Positions 30,461-39,491 of a stretch of DNA of 64,000 nt are shown piece after piece (within the stretch, counting starts at the first letter, position 1; every line of letters starts with the position of its first letter). A model generated the notes under the pieces. That model was not told the origin of the DNA, searched no databases, and saw only the letters and a list, made by a program, of their open reading frames with translations. The position numbers and the translations under genes are program-made. Source of the stretch: an uncultured delta proteobacterium (lineage in GTDB: Bacteria; Myxococcota_A; UBA9160; SZUA-336); the NCBI GenBank assembly GCA_963704165.1, contig CAVPHD010000004.1, forward strand, positions 320,001-384,000, given 5' to 3'.

Positions 30461-31216
30461 TCAGGCCGTCTTCGCGATCGACCGAGCCTCGGACGGCAGC
30501 TCCGCGGCGATGAGCGCGCGAACGCGATCGGAGAGTTCTTCGACCGAAAGGTTCGCGAAGCCCGCGGGCTCGATCGCGTCGAGCACGCGGACGTGGATTG
30601 GATGCTTCCCCTGGAGCAGATAGCCGCGCTTGGGAAGCGCACGCGACGTGCCGTCGAGGACGATCGGCACGATCGGGCTGCGCGTGCGCTTCGCGAGCTC
30701 GAACGCGCCGGGTTTGAAGGTGCGCATACGACCGTCCACGGAGCGCGTGCCCTCGGGAAAGATCATCACCGAGCTTCCGCCGGCGAGCGCGGATTCGCAG
30801 TCACGCATCATCTGCACGACGCTCTCGCGTTTCCCTCGCACCAGCTTGATGTACCGATTCAGCGTCATGTTCCAGCCGATCAGCGGCACGCGGAAGTTCT
30901 CGATCTTCGAGACCCACTTGAAGTGCGTGAAGAGTCGGAAGAGCACCAGGATGTCGACCAGCGACTGGTGGTTCGAGACCAGAACGCAGGCCGTGTCACG
31001 CGGAATGTTCTCGCGGCCTTCGATCGTGACCGGCCAGGCCGGATTGAGCTGCGTGTAGAGCGACGCCCAGAAACAGGTGAACCGGTGTAGAGCGACGAGC
31101 CGTCGATCGAAGGCAACCGTGGCCGCCCAGATCAGAACCGCAAACGGAAAGAGCAGGACCGACGACAGGACGAGAAACGTCCAGAACGAGAGTGACAGGA
31201 CGTGAAGGGCCAGCAC
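30461..31216 (-). CDS. 1-acyl-sn-glycerol-3-phosphate acyltransferase (PlsC-like)
   Basis: Motifs NHQSLVD, FPEGTRS and FKPGAF. Confidence 0.9.
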   Translation of the reverse strand: MLALHVLSLSFWTFLVLSSVLLFPFAVLIWAATVAFDRRLVALHRFTCFWASLYTQLNPAWPVTIEGRENIPRDTACVLVSNHQSLVDILVLFRLFTHFKWVSKIENFRVPLIGWNMTLNRYIKLVRGKRESVVQMMRDCESALAGGSSVMIFPEGTRSVDGRMRTFKPGAFELAKRTRSPIVPIVLDGTSRALPKRGYLLQGKHPIHVRVLDAIEPAGFANLSVEELSDRVRALIAAELPSEARSIAKTA

Positions 31217-31325
31217 GGCGTCATTCTCCCGCTTTCCGGGTCGGCTGAAAAGCGGAACTGCCTTCAGGTACCCTGCTCGAGGTCGGATCCGATCCGAAGA
31301 GAGATCCGCGGAGGTCGCCAAGGCG

Positions 31326-31886
31326 ATGGCCGAGCTCAAAGTCAGCTTCACTCTCGGCGAGCGCGACCTGCGTCACTTCCGGCGAGAGATCGCGCGCGCG
31401 ATGGGGAGGGTCGACCGGGCCAAGGAGGATCAGATCACCGCCGCGGCCGTGGCCCTGATTGCGCGCGCGCGGGCGGTCGAGCCGCCCGACTACGTTCTCG
31501 ACCGTCTCGACCGCCTCGAGCGAATCGTGCAGATGACCTACGACTCGGAGTGGAGGCTACCGCGCCCGGTCAAGACCCGGATTCTCGCCGCGCTGTCCTA
31601 CCTCGCGGACCCCAACGACATCATTCCGGACACGGTTCCCGGACTCGGTTTCCTCGACGACGCGATCATGATCGAACTCGTCAGCGAGCAGCTCCGCCAC
31701 GAACTCGAGGCGTATCTCGACTTCTGCGATTTCCGACGGAACGACGATCGCAACGTCTTTCACCGCCAGGGGAAGATCTCTCGAGACGAGCGCCTCGCGA
31801 GAAAGCGCGAGGCGCTGCGAGAACGCGTCGCCGCACGCGAACAGGTGACGCCGAAGCGGAGATCGAAGCGGTTGCGCCTCTGGTGA
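31326..31886 (+). CDS. YkvA/DUF1232 domain protein
   Basis: Motif ALSYLADPNDIIPD.VPGLGFLDDA. Confidence 0.85.
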   Translation: MAELKVSFTLGERDLRHFRREIARAMGRVDRAKEDQITAAAVALIARARAVEPPDYVLDRLDRLERIVQMTYDSEWRLPRPVKTRILAALSYLADPNDIIPDTVPGLGFLDDAIMIELVSEQLRHELEAYLDFCDFRRNDDRNVFHRQGKISRDERLARKREALRERVAAREQVTPKRRSKRLRLW

Positions 31887-31906
31887 CGGTCGCGCTCCGG
31901 CTGGAT

Positions 31907-33070
31907 TCAACCCCCGTCCGGAAGGCGCTCCGCGATGATCGTTCCCTGATTCTTCGAGTCGCTCTGGAGCGCCTCGATTGCGGGCAGCTTGTCGAGAAGT
32001 CCCTGCATGCGTTGCCGCGATGCAGAATCGGTCCAGATGAACTGCAGTGCCAACCCCTGGGCGTGGTCGTCGCGCAGCACGGAGGCCTCGACCAGGAACG
32101 GTTCGTCGCGCGCGGAGAGCTGAATCGCCAGCTTGAGCCGACCGCCGACGCAGAGACCCTCGACGGGCTCGATGCGCATCCCGCCCGTCGAGATGTCTCG
32201 ACACATCACCAGATAGGCATTTCCACCTTCCATGGCGGTGACCTTCTTCGTGTAGACCGAACGCCTGTGAGTGCGCGTCGGGCGCTCGGTCACTCGGGTC
32301 GCCGGATCGACGACCGACGGTGCGGGGCCTCGGCGCTGCTGGACGGACTTCGAAACGCGGTTCTTCCGTAGCGGCGCGGGGCCGAGCACGTGCTCGGCGA
32401 GCACGGCCTGCAGACGCTTCCGCGCATCTCCCTCGATGGGCGCGAAGCGCACGCCGACGAAGCACTCGCCCTCGCTCTCACACTCGGCCTCCTCGGATGC
32501 GACGCGCACGACCTGGCCGAGGAGATCGAGCGCGCGACCGCCGGCCAGGGGTTTCGGAAGCTGGACGTTGATCTCGCTCTTCTCCATCACCGGCCGCGAG
32601 CACAGCAGACGGCAGCCGCGCAGCGACAAGTCGATCAACGTAGCCTTCTGACGCCAGAAACCGGTCTTGAAGGTGACTCCCTGACCGCAGACGACGCGCG
32701 GTGCACGGCGCGAGTCAGAACCGCGAAACAGCGCGCGCTGCACGAGCACGCGGAGCGCGGCCTCGTGCACCGGCATCCGGACGAGGAAGTCGAATCCGGA
32801 GGCGCGGAGCGCGGATCTCTGCGACTCCGTTGGATCCCAGACGAAGACGAGCCAGGTGGCGCGCGGGACCGAGCCCTTCACCGATCGCTGAATGCGCAGC
32901 GACCGGGCCAGCGTCGCCGATGTGATCAAGAGCGTTTCCGGGTGTTGCACGGGGACGCGCGCGCTCGCTCCGGAGGTTCGCTCGAAGTCCGCACCGAGCT
33001 GTTCGAGAAGTGCGCGGACGGAGTCGAGCTCTCCATCGTCGATCAAGTGAACCGGCGGGACTGCAATCAT
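31907..33070 (-). CDS. Tandem PilZ-domain protein with degenerate N-terminal receiver-like domain
   Basis: RRAPR..DLSLRG and RTHRR..DISTGG; N-terminal region HLIDD..GFDFLVRMP. Confidence 0.8.
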   Translation of the reverse strand: MIAVPPVHLIDDGELDSVRALLEQLGADFERTSGASARVPVQHPETLLITSATLARSLRIQRSVKGSVPRATWLVFVWDPTESQRSALRASGFDFLVRMPVHEAALRVLVQRALFRGSDSRRAPRVVCGQGVTFKTGFWRQKATLIDLSLRGCRLLCSRPVMEKSEINVQLPKPLAGGRALDLLGQVVRVASEEAECESEGECFVGVRFAPIEGDARKRLQAVLAEHVLGPAPLRKNRVSKSVQQRRGPAPSVVDPATRVTERPTRTHRRSVYTKKVTAMEGGNAYLVMCRDISTGGMRIEPVEGLCVGGRLKLAIQLSARDEPFLVEASVLRDDHAQGLALQFIWTDSASRQRMQGLLDKLPAIEALQSDSKNQGTIIAERLPDGG

Positions 33071-33097
33071 TGCGATCTCCGGGTCGGCCTACGCACC

Positions 33098-33125
33098 CGA
33101 TCGGGCGGCCGGCCTGGACGCTTGA
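33098..33125 (-). promoter_or_regulatory. sigma28-like promoter of the tandem PilZ gene
   Basis: Minus strand reads TCAA-N16-CCCGATCG. Confidence 0.4.
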
Positions 33126-33240
33126 GACGCGAGACCACTCGGCCGACGGTCGTGTCCGACAGGACGCGAGTGGCGTCGCATGGCGACAAAGTGAGGCGGC
33201 GGATGCCCGACCTCACGCGCTCGGTTACACTCGCCCGCGC

Positions 33241-34026
33241 ATGAGCGGAGCGGTGCGTACGGAAAAGGACGGGGCGCTCGGGTTCCTCGTCTTCGATCAC
33301 CCCGCCCGCCGCAACGCGATCTCGGCCGAGATGTGGCGACAGATCCCCGCTGCGGTCGAGACCCTCGAGAAAGACGACGACGTCCGCGTCGTGATCCTCC
33401 GAGGCGAGGGCGACACGGCGTTCGTCTCGGGTGCGGACATCTCGGAGTTCGAGCAGCGCCGCTCGGGCGGCTCCGACGCGGCCGAATACGATCGCGCGGG
33501 CGGCGAAGCGTACCGCGCCCTCTCCGGAATCGACAAGCCGACCCTGGCGATGATCCACGGCTTCTGCGTCGGCGGCGGCGTCGCGGTCGCGCTCTGTGCC
33601 GATCTGCGCTTCGCCTCGGACGAGGCGCGCTTCGCCATCCCCGCCGCCAAGCTCGGTCTCGGCTACGGCGCCGGCCTGCTCGAGCCGCTGCTGCGCCTCG
33701 TGGGCAGCGCGCGCGCGCTCGAGATCCTCTACACCGCACGGCGTTATCGCGCGGACGAAGCGCTCGAAATGGGGCTCGTGAATGCGATCGCGCCCAAGGT
33801 GGTGCTCGAATCGGTCGTGCGTGAGACCGCGGATCGGATCGCGGCGAATGCACCTCTCACGCTGCGCGGCGTGAAGATCGCCGCGCGGGAGCTCGGCCGG
33901 GACGTCGCGCTTCGAGACCGGGCGCGGATGGAAGCCGCGACGCTCGCGTGCTACGAGAGCGACGACTACCGCGAGGGCGTGCGGGCGTTTCTCGAGAAAC
34001 GCAAGCCGCTGTTCAAGGGACGCTGA
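33241..34026 (+). CDS. Enoyl-CoA hydratase/isomerase (crotonase) family protein
   Basis: Motifs AFVSGADISEF, CVGGG, PAAKLGLGY and EGVRAFLEKR. Confidence 0.92.
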   Translation: MSGAVRTEKDGALGFLVFDHPARRNAISAEMWRQIPAAVETLEKDDDVRVVILRGEGDTAFVSGADISEFEQRRSGGSDAAEYDRAGGEAYRALSGIDKPTLAMIHGFCVGGGVAVALCADLRFASDEARFAIPAAKLGLGYGAGLLEPLLRLVGSARALEILYTARRYRADEALEMGLVNAIAPKVVLESVVRETADRIAANAPLTLRGVKIAARELGRDVALRDRARMEAATLACYESDDYREGVRAFLEKRKPLFKGR

Positions 34027-34651
34027 CGGACGTCTCCTCGCGCGCGACGCCCGGAAGCTCCGCCGGCACGTGCTCGGCGATCCGCGAGAGGCTGCGGTTG
34101 CGCGAGAGGAGATCGACGATCACCGCTGCGGGACGCGTCCAGATCAACGGGTAGATCCACTCCCCGCGGGACGGATCGGCCGCGACCGCGAGTCGTGGCG
34201 CATCGATCGAGAATTCCGCATCGAGCCCCGGCTTGTTCCCGCGTGCGTCGAGCAGGATCCACCGCTCGCGGCTCGGCAGATAGACGCCGTTGAAGCCGTA
34301 GAGCAGGGTCTCCGTTCCTTCCGTCGAGCGCCGCAGGACCTGATAGCCAAACCCCGCGGGAACACCGACCGCGCGCAGCAACGCCGCGAGCAGGTGGCTC
34401 TTCGAGAAGCCGATTCCCGTGCCGGCCGCGAGCACTTCGCTCGCGCGGCAAGGCAGCTCGTCGCGCCCGGCATCCGCGGTGTGCTCGATCCGATCGCGAA
34501 CGAAGGCGAACACCGAGCGTGCCTTCGACACGTCGTCGGTGCAGCCCTCCGCGAGCTCGCGCGCCTTCTCCGTCACGGGTGGCGTCTGCCAGTCGATCGT
34601 GATCGTGTCCTCGACGTAGCCCTGCCAGCGCGGAGTTTCCGGACGCAGCAC
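34013..34651 (-). CDS. Transglutaminase-like domain protein (catalytic Cys and His apparently replaced)
   Basis: ASEVL..GTGIGFSKSHLLAALLRAVGVPAGF, LLYGFNGVY and LDARGNK. Confidence 0.85.
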   Translation of the reverse strand: MLRPETPRWQGYVEDTITIDWQTPPVTEKARELAEGCTDDVSKARSVFAFVRDRIEHTADAGRDELPCRASEVLAAGTGIGFSKSHLLAALLRAVGVPAGFGYQVLRRSTEGTETLLYGFNGVYLPSRERWILLDARGNKPGLDAEFSIDAPRLAVAADPSRGEWIYPLIWTRPAAVIVDLLSRNRSLSRIAEHVPAELPGVAREETSVSVP

Positions 34652-34658
34652 CGGCCGC

Positions 34659-35111
34659 TCAGCTCTCGGGAACGACGGAAACGTGCGTCTTCACCGAGTT
34701 CGCGATGAAGCACTCGCGGTGCGAGACCTCGTGCATGCGCGCGAGATCCTCCGCCGTCGGGAGCTTCTCGCCCGAGAAGATCACGCGCGGGTGGAGCTCC
34801 ACTCGCGTGATCGCGAGCTTCCCGTCCTCGTTCTTCTCCATGTGGCCGACGGCGTCGTCCGTGTAGCTCTCGACCACGAAGCGACGTCGCGCCGCGACCG
34901 CGAGGAACGTCAGCATGTGGCAGCTCGAGAGAGCGGCCACCAGCGCCTCCTCCGGGTTCGGAAGCTCGGCGCGACCGCGGAACTCGGGTGCGGCCGAGGC
35001 ATCGTGCTCGAGTCCGCCCTCGTACCGCCAACGATGCGTTCGATCGTAGGTTTCGTAGCCGAACGGCTCCGCGCCGCGCGTCCAACGCACCTGCGTGTGG
35101 TGCTCCGACAT
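34659..35111 (-). CDS. OsmC/Ohr family protein
   Basis: Motifs NPEEALVAALSSCHMLTFL and ECFIANSVK. Confidence 0.92.
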   Translation of the reverse strand: MSEHHTQVRWTRGAEPFGYETYDRTHRWRYEGGLEHDASAAPEFRGRAELPNPEEALVAALSSCHMLTFLAVAARRRFVVESYTDDAVGHMEKNEDGKLAITRVELHPRVIFSGEKLPTAEDLARMHEVSHRECFIANSVKTHVSVVPES

Positions 35112-35128
35112 CTCTGGTTCCGCCTCCT

Positions 35129-36237
35129 TCAGCGCGGGATTTCCACGTCCTCGCCGATGACGATGTCGCCGGTCTGCTCGTCCTCGAACGACTCGAGCAC
35201 GCTCGTGTCCTCCCAGACCGGGATCTTGTGCTCGGTGTACAGCTCGCGCGTCCGTCGGGTCACCGCGCCGACGCGAACGAGCGCGGGCATCATCAGATCC
35301 TTGAAGGAGTGGATGCTTCCGGGCGGAAGCTTCGCGTTGATCCCGGCGGCGCCCGCCTCGATGATGCCCTTGATGAAGTCCTGCGGGTCGATCCCGACGT
35401 TCTCGAGCACCTTCAGGAAGCCGGGGTCGGCGCGGCGCTGGCCCGTGCCGTCCACGCCGCCCTGCGAATCGACCATCGACTTCACCGCTTCGAACGCGAA
35501 CTGGGCGATGTCCTCGCGCTCGTCCGGGTGCATCGCGGCGATCATCTCCTTCACGTAGACCGTTGCCGAACGCGACGTGCCGCGACTCGTCCTGAAGCAC
35601 GTAGTGCGTCAGGTCCTTGAGGCAGCGGACACGTGGCCTGGCGGCGCATGTTGTGGAACGCGGCCAGCGCGAGCCCCTCGACCACCATGTTCATGCCGAT
35701 CAGGATCTTCACGAAGTGGTTGCCCTGGAGCGTGAGGTCGATGATCTCCTTCAGCCAGGGAGAAATCGGATAGACGATCGCGAGCTTCCGGATGTAGCGC
35801 TCGTACACCTCGACGTGTCGCGCCTCGTCCATGGTCTGGGTCGCGCCGTAGAGCTTCGCCTCGTAATCGGGAACGGCGTGCGTCAGCGTCGCCGCGGTCA
35901 TCAGAGCGCCTTGTTCCCCGTGCAGGAACTGCGAGAGCAGCTGCGCGGTCGCGTGCGCGGTGAACATGTCGCGCTGCGATTGCGAGAGCCGCTGGAAGAA
36001 CGGCACGCGGTGGAACATGAAGCGATCCTCGCCGACGATCGGCTTGGACGGATCGACCTCGACGCTCCAGTCGAGCTGGGAGTCGGCGTCCCACTGACTC
36101 TGCTTCGCCTTGGTGTACAGGTTCCGAAGCTTCTCGATGTCGATCGTGTAGTCGAACTGCCAGGCGACATCCATCGGTGTCTTGTAGGTGTCGAGCACCT
36201 GCCAGTCCATTCGCGGGGCGGCGTTCGGGGTAGCCAT
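35129..36237 (-). CDS. Ferritin-like diiron protein (AurF-like), two apparent +1 frameshifts
   Basis: HGEQGA, DEARH and EGLAL; removing an extra base near 35621 and near 35560 restores LLKDLTHYVLQDESRHVAFGNVYVKEM. Confidence 0.85.
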
Positions 36238-36890
36238 CAGTCGGGATCCTCCAAGATGTAGCGACAGATCATTTCCGTCAGCCCGTCGAGCACGCGCTCG
36301 GGAGCGGGCTCGGCGACGCGGCGAACCAGAACCTCCGTCGCCGCGATTCGGATCGCGTGACGGATCAGAAACGATGCGGCGAGCGGATCGACGTCCCGCC
36401 GGACCATGCCGCGAAGCTGGCCGTACGCGATCAGGTCGCGCAGACGCTCGATCGCGACCTGATGGATGCGCGCGAGGCGCGAGCGGACCTCGTCGTCGCG
36501 TTCCCCGAGCTCGAGCAGCACGAGATGCAGTCCGCCGTCGCGTCGCAGCTCGTGGTAACGCGCGGCCAGCGCGTCGGCGATCGCGCGGCGCGGGTCGCCG
36601 CCGAGGTAGCGCTCGAAGTCGAGCTCGCTGCGGCTTCGCGCGAGCTGCCGATCGCCCCAGTCGTCGATCAGCGCGAGCAGTAGCGAACGCTTGTCCGGGA
36701 AGTGGTGGTAGAGCGTGCCGACGCCGACCCCGGCGCGCTGCGCGACCTCGGCCATGCCGGTCGCCTCGAATCCGCGGCGCGCGAACAGCGACTCCGCCGC
36801 ACCGAGAAGCTTGCGCCGTGTCGCGATTCCTCGCGCCTGCGGCCGCACGCTGCGCAGGGGGACGACGGAGCCTCGGGGTGGGGGTGACAT
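36237..36890 (-). CDS. TetR family regulator
   Basis: PQARG..TRRKLL and HTH GMAEVAQRAGVGVGTLYHHF. Confidence 0.9.
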   Translation of the reverse strand: MSPPPRGSVVPLRSVRPQARGIATRRKLLGAAESLFARRGFEATGMAEVAQRAGVGVGTLYHHFPDKRSLLLALIDDWGDRQLARSRSELDFERYLGGDPRRAIADALAARYHELRRDGGLHLVLLELGERDDEVRSRLARIHQVAIERLRDLIAYGQLRGMVRRDVDPLAASFLIRHAIRIAATEVLVRRVAEPAPERVLDGLTEMICRYILEDPD

Positions 36891-37070
36891 CGCGCCGCAG
36901 TCTACCCGCCGGAAAAACCGAACACCACCTCGAAATCGGGAGAAAACCCTCCGCAATCGTGAGGAGTTCAGTGTCGACGGCTTCTGGAGGTCCGACCCGA
37001 TCCGGGCCGCCGTCGAAGCCCGTCGGCGGCGTCCTTCGCGGCCGATCGCGGCTCGGCTACCATCGCGCGA

Positions 37071-38114
37071 GTGAGCAGGCTCGCGCTCGTGCTGGTGGCG
37101 GTGATCGTCGCGCTCGGATTGAACGAGCTGGTGCTGCGTGCGTTCTGGGCGAATCCGTTCCGGCACGAGGTTCCGGAGCGGGTTCTCACGCTTCACACCC
37201 AGCACCTGCGGACCGACCATTGGCTGGATCGCGGCATGCTGAAGCTGGAACCGGCGCGGGTTCGTTTTCGCACCGACGACCGCGGCTACATCGAACCGGT
37301 GCGCCGCTTCACCGACCCGGAGTTCACGATCGTCTTCCAGGGTGGCTCCACCACCGAGAGCATGGCGGTCGCGGAGGAGCTGCGCTGGCCGAACCAGGTT
37401 TCGGTTCAGCTCGAAGCGCGCGGCTTCCGCGTGAACTCGCTGAACAACGGGCGCTCCGGCGGCAGCGCGCACGATTCGCTGGTGAATCTGCTCCAGTTCA
37501 TCGTCGAGGACCGCCCCGACGTGGCCCTGCTGATGAATGCGATCAACGACGTGGGTCTCCTGGGTGGCGACGGCTATGGCGTTCGCACCGCGAAGCCCGA
37601 AGGCGATCTCGTGGGCCTTCGCTGGCTGCTCCAGGCGGGGTCCCGGCACTCGTCGCTGATCGGGTTGATTCGGAAGGTCACGTCGATCTCGCCGCTGCGG
37701 AGCACGCGCGAGGCCTCGGCTCCGCTCGCGACGCGCAGGCCCGCCGAGACGCGGCCTTACGAGGCGCGAATCCGCTCCTGGGTGCGCACGTGCCGAGCCT
37801 TCGGGATCGAGCCCGTGCTCGTCACCGAGCCTCTCGCCGCGATGCGAAACGAGCTCACGCCCGATTGGGCCGACGCCGGAGGTCTCGAGGAGTTCAACGC
37901 CGTCGTGCGCCGGGTCGCGCGGGAAGAGGGCGCGTCCCTGATCGACCTGGTCGAGCGGATGATGCAGGAGCCGGACTGGGCGGAGCCGTCTCGGCTCTAC
38001 TACGACGGCATGCACGTGAACGACCACGGCTCCGTCGTCTACGGCCGGATCGTCGCCGAGGCGCTGGCGACCGATGTCCTCCCGCGCCTGCGGGTCTCGC
38101 GGGGCGAACGCTAG
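37071..38114 (+). CDS. SGNH/GDSL hydrolase family protein, membrane-anchored
   Basis: N-terminal TM; motifs FQGGSTT, MNAIND and YYDGMH. Confidence 0.8.
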   Translation: MSRLALVLVAVIVALGLNELVLRAFWANPFRHEVPERVLTLHTQHLRTDHWLDRGMLKLEPARVRFRTDDRGYIEPVRRFTDPEFTIVFQGGSTTESMAVAEELRWPNQVSVQLEARGFRVNSLNNGRSGGSAHDSLVNLLQFIVEDRPDVALLMNAINDVGLLGGDGYGVRTAKPEGDLVGLRWLLQAGSRHSSLIGLIRKVTSISPLRSTREASAPLATRRPAETRPYEARIRSWVRTCRAFGIEPVLVTEPLAAMRNELTPDWADAGGLEEFNAVVRRVAREEGASLIDLVERMMQEPDWAEPSRLYYDGMHVNDHGSVVYGRIVAEALATDVLPRLRVSRGER

Positions 38115-38127
38115 CGACGCGAGCTCG

Positions 38128-39474
38128 TCAGAGCGCTCGGAAGTGGATCGGCAAGCCGTCCCTGGGCCTCGAGATCGGCGCCTGCTGAATCGGCATGGTG
38201 TAGCCGTCCGGAACCTCGAAGCGATAACGCAGGAGCAGCTGGTGCATGACCAGACGCACCTGTGTCTCGGCGAAGCGACGCCCCAGACACATATGCGGCC
38301 CCCCGCCGAAGGGGATCCACACGTGGGTGTGTCGCTCGTGCTCGGCGCGACCCGGGGCGAAGCGCTCGGGATCCCAACGGAACGGGTCCGGCCAGTGCTC
38401 CGCCATGTGGTGAGTGTGGATCGGCGAGACGATCACCATGCTGTTCGCGGGAATCCGGTAGCCGCCGAAGTCGAAGTCCGAGGTCGCGACCCGAGGAATC
38501 ACCGGCAACGGCGGGTAGCGTCGGAGCGTCTCGTTCATCGCCAGGGTCAGCGACTCGAGCCGGCCGAGCTCGTCGAACGCCGGTTCTTCGTTCCCGAGGT
38601 TCCGGCTCTCGTCGCGAACGCGTTCCTGCCAGTCCGGGTGTCTGGCCAGCTCGTAGGTGAGGGACGTCAGCGTGCTCGTGGTCGTGTCGTGTGCGGCCAT
38701 CATCAGGAAGATCATGTGGTCGAGCACGTCGTCGTCGGCGAGCGCATCGCCTTCCTCGCTGCGTGCGCGGCAGAGCCGACTGAACATGTCGGGTGCCCGT
38801 CCCGCGCGTTTCTCGTCGAGCATCGCGCCGAGAAACCCGAGCATGAACTCGCGACCGCGCAGGCCGCGGTAGAACTCGAGGCCCGGAATGCGAAGTCGGA
38901 CGAGCGACATCGATGCCGTCACCATGTCCTCGAAGGCCTGATTCATCTTCGTCGTCGAGGGACCGAGCTCGACGCCGATGAAGATCGATGCCGCGAGCTC
39001 GAGGGTGAGTCGCTTGTAGGCGTGAAACGCAAGCGTGCTCGCGCCGCCCGCGCCCCAGTCTGCAATGCCAGACGCAATTCGCGGACCCATCCGCTCGGTG
39101 TACTCGCGCAGCACCGGTCGTGTGAACGCCTCGTGCATGATCTTGCGCTGATGGACGTGCTCCGATCCGTCTCGCAGGAGCAGGCCGTTCGGGAAGATCC
39201 TTCCCATGATCTGGGTCCACGGCCGCCGCGACGAGAAGATCTGCTCCCGATCGAGCAGGACCGTGCGGTTCGCGTCCGGACCGAAGAGGTGGATGAATCG
39301 GAACGGTCCCCCGCCGATCTGGGCCACCACCGGGCCGTGTTCTGCGTACTGAGCCGAGAGGTTGGAGAGCATGTCCACGCGTCCACCGCCGCCGAGCGCG
39401 AGCGCACGCAATCCGCGCAGGAGCGAGACGCGCGGGATCTTCGGGCGGGTGGTGTTCGTCTTCATGGTCGTCAT
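38128..39474 (-). CDS. Cytochrome P450
   Basis: I-helix AAHDTT, ETLR, PERF and heme motif FGGGPHMCLG. Confidence 0.95.
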   Translation of the reverse strand: MTTMKTNTTRPKIPRVSLLRGLRALALGGGGRVDMLSNLSAQYAEHGPVVAQIGGGPFRFIHLFGPDANRTVLLDREQIFSSRRPWTQIMGRIFPNGLLLRDGSEHVHQRKIMHEAFTRPVLREYTERMGPRIASGIADWGAGGASTLAFHAYKRLTLELAASIFIGVELGPSTTKMNQAFEDMVTASMSLVRLRIPGLEFYRGLRGREFMLGFLGAMLDEKRAGRAPDMFSRLCRARSEEGDALADDDVLDHMIFLMMAAHDTTTSTLTSLTYELARHPDWQERVRDESRNLGNEEPAFDELGRLESLTLAMNETLRRYPPLPVIPRVATSDFDFGGYRIPANSMVIVSPIHTHHMAEHWPDPFRWDPERFAPGRAEHERHTHVWIPFGGGPHMCLGRRFAETQVRLVMHQLLLRYRFEVPDGYTMPIQQAPISRPRDGLPIHFRAL

Positions 39475-39491
39475 TCTGCCGGTTCCCGGGC

